From a virus (taxonomy: Duplodnaviria > Caudoviricetes), in the IMG/VR virus record IMGVR_UViG_3300046009_010636, positions 1 to 29,194 of that record: a stretch of DNA of 29,194 bases; one strand, 5' to 3'. Positions 16,021 to 24,257 of the stretch are shown in pieces. Made by a program: the position numbers and the translations under genes. Numbering within the stretch: position 1 is the first letter of the stretch; each line of letters begins with the position of its first letter. The notes under the pieces are model-generated. The model worked only from the letters and a program-made list of their open reading frames with translations. It made no database searches and was not told the origin of the DNA.

Positions 16021-16493
16021 CGCAAAAGTTCAGCGAGCAGAGCTGGCAGCATCGCGAGAAAACGCTGGGCGATATTGCAGAAACTGCGTTTACGTCCTGG
16101 GCGGATGAGACTGGTCTAAAGTACATCCGCTGGGGACTTGAGCGTCCGCCTCTCGATGTCGCACTGCTGCCGTCGCACATCGCACAGGCGCCAGATTTCC
16201 TCATCCAGGAACGGTTCATTGAGGTCCAGGGATGCGGCGCAGACCAGACGTTCAAATTCAAGCACCAAAAACTGAATGTCATTTCGAGCTGGAACAGCAT
16301 CCACAGGGTCGACTGGTTTCTATACAATCAGCCGCGAAATGAGTTTCTGGTGGTCGAGCATCTGGCTTTAGAGTCTGCCTGTCTCGGTCTCGGCGGCGCG
16401 TTCAGACACGACGGCTATTTTGACGGGAATAAGCCGTACGCTACAATGAAATGGGAAAGATTGATAAGACATGGCAAAGTTCTCGACAGGTGA
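16017..16493 (+). CDS. PD-(D/E)xK-superfamily nuclease-like protein
   Basis: GDIAE helix followed by APDF...FIEVQG (ExQ variant), 158 aa. Confidence 0.6.
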   Translation: MTQKFSEQSWQHREKTLGDIAETAFTSWADETGLKYIRWGLERPPLDVALLPSHIAQAPDFLIQERFIEVQGCGADQTFKFKHQKLNVISSWNSIHRVDWFLYNQPRNEFLVVEHLALESACLGLGGAFRHDGYFDGNKPYATMKWERLIRHGKVLDR

Positions 16494-16638
16494 TTCGATG
16501 TTTCATTCCAACATGGTCGACCACCGAAAATGGTGGCTGAATGATGATCGATACCTGACACCAGAAACGCAGGCGCGTCTGATAGAAATGCAGTCAGCCG
16601 AGGAAATCCGAGACGAGGACGAGCTGGTCGATGATTGA
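16471..16638 (+). CDS. Hypothetical acidic protein (55 aa)
   Basis: MAKFSTGDSMFHSNMVDHRKWWLND...ELVDD. Fills the gap and overlaps both neighbours. Confidence 0.6.
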   Translation: MAKFSTGDSMFHSNMVDHRKWWLNDDRYLTPETQARLIEMQSAEEIRDEDELVDD

Positions 16639-16837
16639 TCTAAACGACGCCATCAAAGAACTGCGGCAGAATGGGTTCAGAGTCCATGCCATCGAGACAG
16701 CCGCCAGTGGCGAAAAGCATGTGCTGGTCACGATTGGTGGCGCGATAGAAATGATGTCGGCTGCAGCTGTAATTGATAAGGCGCAGCAGATGATGGAAAA
16801 ACGTCTGTCAATTCACCAGGATTCGATGGATTTCTAG
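16631..16837 (+). CDS. Hypothetical protein (68 aa)
   Basis: ORF track. Last gene of the early operon. Confidence 0.7.
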   Translation: MIDLNDAIKELRQNGFRVHAIETAASGEKHVLVTIGGAIEMMSAAAVIDKAQQMMEKRLSIHQDSMDF

Positions 16838-16840
16838 GAG

Positions 16841-16933
16841 TACAATTTAACTCGGTAGTAGTGTGTTCTGTAGCAGGTGCTGGCAATGCCAGACGTTAGA
16901 CCGAGCCTGCATCCGTTCTACCGAGGTCAAGAA
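16841..16933 (+). promoter_or_regulatory. -10 box and structured leader upstream of endolysin
   Basis: TACAAT at 16841-16846. CTCGGTAG (16851-16858) pairs with CTACCGAG (16918-16925), which covers most of the GAGG RBS. Confidence 0.55.
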
Positions 16934-17479
16934 ATGAAACTGGCAATCGATCCTGGTCACGGCATGTCGAATAAACGCGACGATGTGTTTGATCCAGGGG
17001 CAGTGGCTGCAGGCGTCCGCGAATGCGACATCGCACTGGAATGGGCGCTCACAGGCAAGTACATTCTGCCGCAGTATGGCATCAATCATTTTCTGACACG
17101 CGACGATAATCTCGACGAGGTTCCTGTCGGTCGCCGCGACGACATGGCTGCAGCTGCGCACTGCACACATTTTCTCTCGATTCACTGCAATGCCGCCGAC
17201 GGAAAAGCCACAGGCGTCGAGGTCTACTATCGCGACATTTCCGATAGGGCGTTCGCACAGCTGGTGCTGGACAGCCTGGTCGAGGCGACAGGTCTGAAAA
17301 GCCGAGGTCTGAAACGTGAGTCGGAAAGCCAGCATTCTCGTCTGGCTGTTCTCGATTTTGGACCACCAGCATGTCTCGCTGAAATCGGGTTTCTTGACAA
17401 TCCACATGACAGGTCTGTGATTCGTGATCGAGAGGTTCGATTGAAATTCTGGGCAGGTCTATGTCGGAGGCTGAAGTAA
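16934..17479 (+). CDS. Endolysin, N-acetylmuramoyl-L-alanine amidase (Amidase_3), catalytic domain only
   Basis: IDPGHG, E, FLSIHCNA, GVEVYY and LAEIGFLDN motifs. ATG 16934 has a GAGG RBS. Confidence 0.95.
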   Translation: MKLAIDPGHGMSNKRDDVFDPGAVAAGVRECDIALEWALTGKYILPQYGINHFLTRDDNLDEVPVGRRDDMAAAAHCTHFLSIHCNAADGKATGVEVYYRDISDRAFAQLVLDSLVEATGLKSRGLKRESESQHSRLAVLDFGPPACLAEIGFLDNPHDRSVIRDREVRLKFWAGLCRRLK

Positions 17480-17733
17480 TGCCAGCGCCAGAAAGCCAGC
17501 AGCAGGGCGTCGAAACCATTTCCCACATCAGCAGCGCGCTGTCGTCATTCTGGGCATGGCTGATTCCCATGGTCGCAGGCATTCTGCACATCGGGAAACT
17601 GCAGCAGAAAATCACGCAGATTGAAACGGACCACGTCGACATGAAACAACTGGTCCATCGCACCGAAACTCATTTGGCGAAACTGTCAGCACATGTCGAG
17701 ACACTGATGAACGACCGAAATCATAATCGCTGA
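17479..17733 (+). CDS. Single-TM coiled-coil protein (holin-like/lysis accessory)
   Basis: 84 aa, TAATG coupling to the amidase, FWAWLIPMVAGILHIG followed by a coiled coil. Confidence 0.6.
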   Translation: MPAPESQQQGVETISHISSALSSFWAWLIPMVAGILHIGKLQQKITQIETDHVDMKQLVHRTETHLAKLSAHVETLMNDRNHNR

Positions 17734-17736
17734 AAG

Positions 17737-17757
17737 TTATACACATACTTTTCCACA
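17737..17757 (+). promoter_or_regulatory. Tandem DnaA-box consensus pair
   Basis: TTATACACA (17737-17745) and TTTTCCACA (17749-17757) both match TTWTNCACA. Confidence 0.55.
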
Positions 17758-17771
17758 GTCAAAATGAACCT

Positions 17772-18635
17772 ATGCGAAACCACATTACGCAGGTTCACAC
17801 AGGATCGGTTCATGACATCGTTCGACTGGGTTTAATTTCCGACCTGCACTTTGGGTCGAGCAGCCTATACAAGCCAGCGCTGAAGCACGATTTCGATGTG
17901 ATGTCGAATCTGGATGCCAAGATTTTTCTGAACGGTGACATCTGGGACGCCATTTTGCCATCGGACATCAAGCGATTCGACCTAAAGGCATTGGATCCTG
18001 AGCTGCTGCAGCTGGGGTCGACACCATTGGACGCAGCGCTCGAGATGGCATACGAATTCCTAAAGCCGTACGCGACGCACATCGAGGGCATAGGCATCGG
18101 AAACCATGAGGCGCACGTCGAGAAACGGCATCACATCTGTCTCACATCAATCCTGATTGACAGGTTAAACCAGCTGCCGAATGTGAACATCATCGCTGGC
18201 GGATGGTGTGGATTCTGGAACATCCAGATTTTCAGGAAAAATAAGAGGACCAGCTGGACACTCTACAGGCACCATGGTGCTGGTGGTGCTGCGCCAGTGA
18301 CAAAAGGTGTCACAGATTTTCAGCGTATGATGGCCTGGCACACGAACATCGATGCATTGTGGCTAGGTCACAAACATAACAGATACGCAATCATGGATAT
18401 GAAAATGCACTACGATTCGCAGCATCATCGCGTTATCGAGCGACCTGTTACCTGCGTTATGACTGGCAGTTATTTGTCGACCTACGGCATCCATCACAAA
18501 ACGAAGGCGAGTTATGCTGCGGGCTGGAATCTGTCGCCGCAGCCCATGGGAGGCGCAGTAATCGAGCTGCGACAAGTCGAGAAAACGGAGAACAAGAAGA
18601 CGACTTTGACCTGCCAGAGCAGGGTGATTCTGTGA
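17772..18635 (+). CDS. Calcineurin-like metallophosphoesterase
   Basis: All five motifs present: SDLH, GDIWD, GNHE, HHG, GHKH. Confidence 0.92.
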   Translation: MRNHITQVHTGSVHDIVRLGLISDLHFGSSSLYKPALKHDFDVMSNLDAKIFLNGDIWDAILPSDIKRFDLKALDPELLQLGSTPLDAALEMAYEFLKPYATHIEGIGIGNHEAHVEKRHHICLTSILIDRLNQLPNVNIIAGGWCGFWNIQIFRKNKRTSWTLYRHHGAGGAAPVTKGVTDFQRMMAWHTNIDALWLGHKHNRYAIMDMKMHYDSQHHRVIERPVTCVMTGSYLSTYGIHHKTKASYAAGWNLSPQPMGGAVIELRQVEKTENKKTTLTCQSRVIL

Positions 18636-18653
18636 GGTCATAATACAAGCATC

Positions 18654-18845
18654 ATGAACATCATCGTGAAAAATATCATCGTCGGCGCATTTTCTGGGCT
18701 ACTGTCAGCCATTATGGTCGACCTGGACAAGTGGAAAACATCGGTCGATGCACAGTTCGATTTCAAACTCGCAGCGAAGCGATGGCTAGCTGGCGCAGTG
18801 TCTGGCGCAGCAGCTGCGCTGGGATTCGGTGCTGCTGTCCAATGA
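18654..18845 (+). CDS. Putative holin (two hydrophobic segments)
   Basis: 63 aa with IIVGAFSGLLSAIMV and WLAGAVSGAAAALGFGAAV, in the lysis module. Confidence 0.65.
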   Translation: MNIIVKNIIVGAFSGLLSAIMVDLDKWKTSVDAQFDFKLAAKRWLAGAVSGAAAALGFGAAVQ

Positions 18846-19045
18846 CGACGCACTACCTGAAGCTGTGGCATCCAGCATTGGGACCTGTCGAAAAAGTGGT
18901 CCGAGTATTCGGCTGGAAACTCAGACAGACACTGACATTCGAGGGAAACCTAGACGATGTGAAACCTGCCGAAATTATCATCGGCAAACTGTTGCTCGGT
19001 CGATTCGGCGTGACTGCCGAAATCGTCGAAAAAGAAAAGCCATGA
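18842..19045 (+). CDS. Hypothetical protein (67 aa)
   Basis: MTTHYLKLWHP..., with ATGA overlaps at both ends. Confidence 0.7.
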   Translation: MTTHYLKLWHPALGPVEKVVRVFGWKLRQTLTFEGNLDDVKPAEIIIGKLLLGRFGVTAEIVEKEKP

Positions 19046-19185
19046 CCAGGCGCGAATCCAGACGAATCAAGATGCGAAAGCAGCGCGAGGCGATGGCTGC
19101 CAAGGGATACAAATTGATTCAGGGTCAATGGATCAGGGAAGGGTCGGCGCTGCATCTGTCGATGACAAAGGGTCGCTGGCAGTGA
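19042..19185 (+). CDS. Small cationic protein (47 aa)
   Basis: MTRRESRRIKMRKQREAMAAKGYKLIQGQW..., ATGA overlap. Confidence 0.6.
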   Translation: MTRRESRRIKMRKQREAMAAKGYKLIQGQWIREGSALHLSMTKGRWQ

Positions 19186-19200
19186 TGGTACTCTCTATAA

Positions 19201-19671
19201 ATGCCGAAACCAAAACCAGAACCAGCGGCTAAACCGAAGCGAAAACCAGCTGTTAAGAAAAACTTAAAAGCTGACGAACGACCTGGGCGAGGACGACCAT
19301 CGAAGTACACGCCAGAGGTAGTCGAGCGCATCTGCTATTCGTTGTCCCAGGGCAACACTCGGACCACAGCAGCCACATGCGCTGGCATTTCGATGGAAAC
19401 ATTTGCAGTCTATGTGCGGGAATTTCCTGAATTTTCTGATGCCATTAAAAGAGCCGAGGAACAAGCTATCGAGCATTATGTCAATGTGATTCACACGGCA
19501 TCGACTCAGACATGGCAGGCAGCAGCATGGTATCTCGAGCGACGGCGGAAGGAGGATTTCGGAAAACAAGACAAGGTCGACATCACGACGAACGGCAAGG
19601 ACATCAATGGCATGAGTGTCGAGGACATGGTCGCGGAACTTGAGCGAATACAGCAAATTAAGCAGACGTGA
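19201..19671 (+). CDS. terS: Terminase small subunit
   Basis: GRPSKYTPE HTH-type N-terminus and AAWYLERR motif, directly upstream of TerL. Confidence 0.88.
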   Translation: MPKPKPEPAAKPKRKPAVKKNLKADERPGRGRPSKYTPEVVERICYSLSQGNTRTTAATCAGISMETFAVYVREFPEFSDAIKRAEEQAIEHYVNVIHTASTQTWQAAAWYLERRRKEDFGKQDKVDITTNGKDINGMSVEDMVAELERIQQIKQT

Positions 19672-21013
19672 ACTCGAGCTGCGGCTGGCAATCGAGCAGC
19701 ACAACCTGACATTTTCCCAATGGTATCAACTGCGCAAGCCTGCTGACTACGGTTTTCCCAGGCACATCAAATACCTGTGCGACATCGCAGACAAGGTCAT
19801 CAAGGGCGAGCTGCAGAACGTCGCCATATCGATGCCGCCAGGACATGGCAAAAGCCAGACCATTACGACCAGGCTGCCAGTGTACTGGGCGCAGCGACAC
19901 TCGAAAGACGCCATCGTTTTCACTGGATACAGTCAGGATTTCGCCGACCGAAACCTGAGCCGACCTGCGAGGGAATTGGCAGCCGAGCTGGGGATACTCG
20001 ATCAGTCGTCGAATGCGATGAGCGAATGGCGACTGACGAATGGCGCCAGACTGGTCGCCAGAGGAGTTGGCAGCGCACCGACTGGGATCAATCCGATTTC
20101 GCTGCTGGTCTGCGATGATCCGATTAAGGACAGAGCGCAGGCGGAGTCAGCCATTGAGCGAGGAAACATCTGGGACTGGTGGCAGGGCAGCATAGTACAG
20201 CGATTTTATCCGCGTACCAAAGCATTCGTAATCGCGACCAGGTGGCATCACGACGACTTAATCGGACGACTCCAGGACCAGGCAGACAGCAGCTGGACGT
20301 TTATCAATCTGCCAGCAATCGCCGAGGAAAACGACGCGCTCGGTCGGCAACCAGGCGAGGCACTGTGGCAGGAAGTGAAGCCACTGTCATTCCTCGAGCA
20401 GGTCCGCCAACAGATGGGCGAATACAATTTTCAAGCACTGTTTCAGGGACGTCCGAGCATCAGAGAAGGCGCCATTTTCAAGGTCGACCGATTTATGTAC
20501 ATCAACTCGAACGAGCTGCCGCCGATGGTCGAGCTGGTCAGGAAATGGGACGTCGCCGCCAGCAGTGGAAAAGGTGACTGGACAGCTGGTGTGAAACTCG
20601 GCAAGGACCAGGCAGGTCGCATCTACATTCTCGATGTCATTCGGGGGCAATGGGCGTCCGACCAGAGAAACGCAGTGATGCAGCAGGTGGCGCAGGCAGA
20701 CGGTCAGCAGGTCCGCATCGTCGTTCCTGAGGATCCTGGGTCAGCAGGTAAGGACGCAGCGCTACAATTCATCAGATTATTCAACGGATACAATATAAAA
20801 GCCATTCGGGAAACAGGGTCGAAAGAGCTTCGCGCCGATGGTCTGGCGAGCCAGGTGAACGCAGGGAATGTGGCACTGGTGCGCGGATCATGGAACGCGG
20901 CATTCGTCGATGAGCTGCGGCAGTTTCCGACTGGCAAAAACGACGACCAGGTCGACGCTGGGTCAGGTGCATATAATGAGCTGTTCAAAACGAAAAATGT
21001 CTGGGACTGGTAA
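19616..21013 (+). CDS. terL: Terminase large subunit
   Basis: Walker A MPPGHGKS, Walker B LLVCDDP, TRWHHDDL, and nuclease motifs WDVA...GDWT...DDQVDA. Exact start uncertain. Confidence 0.96.
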   Translation: MSRTWSRNLSEYSKLSRRELELRLAIEQHNLTFSQWYQLRKPADYGFPRHIKYLCDIADKVIKGELQNVAISMPPGHGKSQTITTRLPVYWAQRHSKDAIVFTGYSQDFADRNLSRPARELAAELGILDQSSNAMSEWRLTNGARLVARGVGSAPTGINPISLLVCDDPIKDRAQAESAIERGNIWDWWQGSIVQRFYPRTKAFVIATRWHHDDLIGRLQDQADSSWTFINLPAIAEENDALGRQPGEALWQEVKPLSFLEQVRQQMGEYNFQALFQGRPSIREGAIFKVDRFMYINSNELPPMVELVRKWDVAASSGKGDWTAGVKLGKDQAGRIYILDVIRGQWASDQRNAVMQQVAQADGQQVRIVVPEDPGSAGKDAALQFIRLFNGYNIKAIRETGSKELRADGLASQVNAGNVALVRGSWNAAFVDELRQFPTGKNDDQVDAGSGAYNELFKTKNVWDW

Positions 21014-21016
21014 ACG

Positions 21017-22375
21017 ATGAAAATTTTTGGCATAGAAATTCGAGCTGCTCGACCACGACCACAGAACAAAAACTTTGAGTTCGTCGGCGACAAATATGTC
21101 GGTCCATCATCAATGCTCGGCGGCTATCTGCGCTATGGAGCCACAGACAGGGACTGGCGCAGCGAGGCAGGGACGATTGAGTCAAACAGCACTGTCGCCA
21201 TCGCTATCAGCAAGATTGCACAGAAAGTCGCGCAGCCCAAGCTGGAGCTGAAAACAGTTCAGCCAGACGGCGCGGTCGTCTACTCGCCAGACTATCGAAT
21301 TTTCGCATGGACGAATCCCATGCCAGGACTGGATCAGCACACGCTGATGAAGGCAATCAGCTGCAGCCTGAAGGTTTACGGAAACGCATACTTATTGAAG
21401 CGCCGAAACAAGACTGGTCTGATGATCGGACTCGCACCATTGATGCCGTTTCAGGTGCAGCCGAAATCAGACACGCATGTCGATGGTTCGCCGAATAATG
21501 GTAACGAGCTGATCACCAGATACCAAATTTTCCCATACGGCGGAGGTCAACAGTTCAGCGTCGCACCGAGCGAAATCATCCATTTCCGCGATGGCATGGT
21601 CGATACCAACAATCCAGCGCTGGGAATGTCGGCGCTCATGGCATGTCTGCGGCAGGTAGTCAGCGATAACGAGGCGGCGAACTATGCAGCGACACTCATG
21701 TCGAACATGGGAATACCTGGCGTGATTTTCTCGCCGAAGGATTCCAACGCGCTCGAGCCATCCACCGAGCAGCGAAAGAGCATGCGGGACCGATGGCAGT
21801 CATTCACCAGAGACCGACGAGGACAGGCGATGGACCTACCTGGCGCGTTTGAAATCACCAGAGTCGCAATGTCGCCGACCGACATCAAGGCTATCGAGCA
21901 AAAGGTCCATGGCATGACAGAAATTTTGGCTGCACTCGGTGTGGATCCGATGATTCTGGGACTGCCGTCTGATAGCAAAACGTACAACAACATGGCGGAG
22001 GCGCGTGAGGCATTCATCGAGGACACTGTGCTGCCGCTACTTTCAATCATCGCCAGCACACTCGACAAGGCGTTTTTCGAGGAGGGTGTCGCGTTCAGTG
22101 ACAACCAGATGCTGGCATTTAACTATTCCTGCTATCGCGAGCTAGATGAGGACGTGACAGCAAAATACGACCGAGCAGAGAAAGCATTCAAGGCTGGCGC
22201 CAGCACTCGAGGTGAGTTTAGAAAAGCGCTCGGGTTCATCACTGACCTGGAGGATGGTCGCACATGGTTCGACATGTCTGCGCTGATGGCGCCGATTCCA
22301 GCGACTAGGTCCGCAAGGTACACAGCTGCGCAGATGCGCGCACTCGAGAACGTCCAGCTGAAGTCCGATGTGTAA
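21017..22375 (+). CDS. Portal protein (HK97-like)
   Basis: 452 aa with YGNAYL, EIIHFRD, GMSAL, LGVDPMILG and TYNN motifs. Follows TerL. Confidence 0.93.
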   Translation: MKIFGIEIRAARPRPQNKNFEFVGDKYVGPSSMLGGYLRYGATDRDWRSEAGTIESNSTVAIAISKIAQKVAQPKLELKTVQPDGAVVYSPDYRIFAWTNPMPGLDQHTLMKAISCSLKVYGNAYLLKRRNKTGLMIGLAPLMPFQVQPKSDTHVDGSPNNGNELITRYQIFPYGGGQQFSVAPSEIIHFRDGMVDTNNPALGMSALMACLRQVVSDNEAANYAATLMSNMGIPGVIFSPKDSNALEPSTEQRKSMRDRWQSFTRDRRGQAMDLPGAFEITRVAMSPTDIKAIEQKVHGMTEILAALGVDPMILGLPSDSKTYNNMAEAREAFIEDTVLPLLSIIASTLDKAFFEEGVAFSDNQMLAFNYSCYRELDEDVTAKYDRAEKAFKAGASTRGEFRKALGFITDLEDGRTWFDMSALMAPIPATRSARYTAAQMRALENVQLKSDV

Positions 22376-23117
22376 AACAAGCCGCCATTGTGTCAGCCAT
22401 TTAGGGTCGCACTATGACCAACTGGCGACACGGGTGCTGGTTTATACTCCAAAGCCAGTTCAAATCAGGGCGCTGCCATCGGCATTCAATCAGCCAGGAA
22501 ATCGAAGCCATCAGGCATGGTTTACCGACATGCTGAATTTCAACTGGAATGCATCAAAAAGGGCGACCAGCAGACTGGTCAATGGCGCCATCGACGAGAC
22601 GCAGTGGGCGGACGCATTTTTCGATGCGATCCTGCAGGCAAACGCGAACGCGCATTGGATAGGCAGGGACCAGGTGTCGACAGCACTGTTCACAGAATTT
22701 GGGACCGAGGACATTCTAGCAGGTCAAGCCATCGCCGACGTCGATGCCGACTACCTTCAGGGATTCATCGACGACATTCTCGATGGAAGGTATGACGACG
22801 AATTCGGCGAGCTGCGCGAGGACCTGATTTTGCAGCGGCAGCGTCTATACATGGGCAAAGCCAGAGGCATCGCGGGTCAGGCTGCGGTCGACAATCTGCC
22901 GATTGAAACCGAAATCACATGGGTTCTCGGAGCTGTCGAAATTCACTGTCAAGATTGTCCAGCACTGGCTGGCATGTCGCCGTTTTTTCCAGATGACCTG
23001 TTCACAACGCCAGGTGCATGCTCGACTCCATGTCTCGGAAACTGCAAGTGTCATCTGGAATTCGAGGTCAATGGCGAGACGGTATCATCTATCAAGCCAG
23101 TAACGCTCGAGGTCTAA
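22368..23117 (+). CDS. Mu gpF/SPP1 gp7-like minor head protein
   Basis: Located between portal and protease. C-terminal W...HCQDC...CLGNCKC pattern. Confidence 0.7.
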   Translation: MCKTSRHCVSHLGSHYDQLATRVLVYTPKPVQIRALPSAFNQPGNRSHQAWFTDMLNFNWNASKRATSRLVNGAIDETQWADAFFDAILQANANAHWIGRDQVSTALFTEFGTEDILAGQAIADVDADYLQGFIDDILDGRYDDEFGELREDLILQRQRLYMGKARGIAGQAAVDNLPIETEITWVLGAVEIHCQDCPALAGMSPFFPDDLFTTPGACSTPCLGNCKCHLEFEVNGETVSSIKPVTLEV

Positions 23118-23118
23118 C

Positions 23119-24252
23119 ATGCCAGAAATTTTCTATCCGCCAAAAGCCGTACAAAACGCATGCAAGAAAGGTCTGCAGCTGTTCGAGGACGGGCTAGGCG
23201 GCGACGGTCTGGAGCCAGCGACTATCAAAGAAGCGCGCTCGATGGCAGCGGGTGAGCAGCAGACAGAAAACAAGATTCGCAAAGGATACCGATGGTGGGC
23301 GCGGAATGAACGATTCTTGGATGAACCTGAGGACTCACCAGCGTATGTGGCTGCGCTGCTGTGGGGCGGCAGGACGGCGAAGGCATGGTTTACAGATGCC
23401 TATAATTACATTATCGATCAGGAGCAAAACAGGCAGATGAACATGACAAAAATTCAGCACCGACAATTCGACCTACGCATGGACGACGCGGTCGAAAGTA
23501 AAGGAGGACTCAAGGGGACGGCATTGGCGTACGGAAAAATGGATTCCTACATGACAGTGTTCGCGCCAGGGTCCGCCACGGCTGCACTGCCAGATTTCGT
23601 CGCGAACGGTTCATTCCTGGCTGCACACGATGCCGACGACCTGGCTATCGGCTACATTCGGTCCGCAGTGGACACTGGCGCAGGCATCGATGTCGAGGTC
23701 GACTATCACACGACAGGTGATGCACAGGATGCTCGCACAGTCGCCATGGAACGACTTGCCGCTGGGAAACGAGTCGGTCTGTCCATCGGGTTCAACATCG
23801 GCGACTACGTCGAGCTGCAGAATGGCGACGCACTGCTGGAAATGGCGGCGACTATGAACATGGACCTGAATGCGTTCGATGTCGAATCCATCAGAAAATG
23901 CCAGCGTGAATGCTATCTGATCACACGAATCGCGAAAATTTTTGAAGTGTCGCAGGTCAATTTCCCTGCGGTTCCTGAATCGGAGGCGACAGCCGTCCGA
24001 CACGATTTAGGGTCTGCTCATGCTGGCATGACTCTCGCTGATCAACTCGATTTAGTTCATGATGCTATCGAATCAGCAACAAAGCGAGCGACCGAAGTTT
24101 TCGAGCTGCGGTCCGAGCAAAACAAAACACTCGGCAAAACTTCCATCGAGAAACTTGAGCAGCTGCGCGGCAAGCTGGACAGCCTGATTCAGGCAGCCAG
24201 CGCACCGACTGCACTCGAGCGACAGGCGGAAAAGTTCGCCAAATTGAGGTAA
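23119..24252 (+). CDS. Prohead protease (HK97-type) with extra N-terminal domain
   Basis: AAHD, GLSIGF and IFEVSQVNFPAVP motifs, preceded by a ~105-aa helical domain ending ALLWGG. Confidence 0.88.
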   Translation: MPEIFYPPKAVQNACKKGLQLFEDGLGGDGLEPATIKEARSMAAGEQQTENKIRKGYRWWARNERFLDEPEDSPAYVAALLWGGRTAKAWFTDAYNYIIDQEQNRQMNMTKIQHRQFDLRMDDAVESKGGLKGTALAYGKMDSYMTVFAPGSATAALPDFVANGSFLAAHDADDLAIGYIRSAVDTGAGIDVEVDYHTTGDAQDARTVAMERLAAGKRVGLSIGFNIGDYVELQNGDALLEMAATMNMDLNAFDVESIRKCQRECYLITRIAKIFEVSQVNFPAVPESEATAVRHDLGSAHAGMTLADQLDLVHDAIESATKRATEVFELRSEQNKTLGKTSIEKLEQLRGKLDSLIQAASAPTALERQAEKFAKLR

Positions 24253-24257
24253 CAAAA

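Noticed and set aside
16851-16925. tRNA gene
   Set aside because: The size is similar and the ends pair, but there is no correctly placed T-loop GTTCRA, D-loop or anticodon arm.
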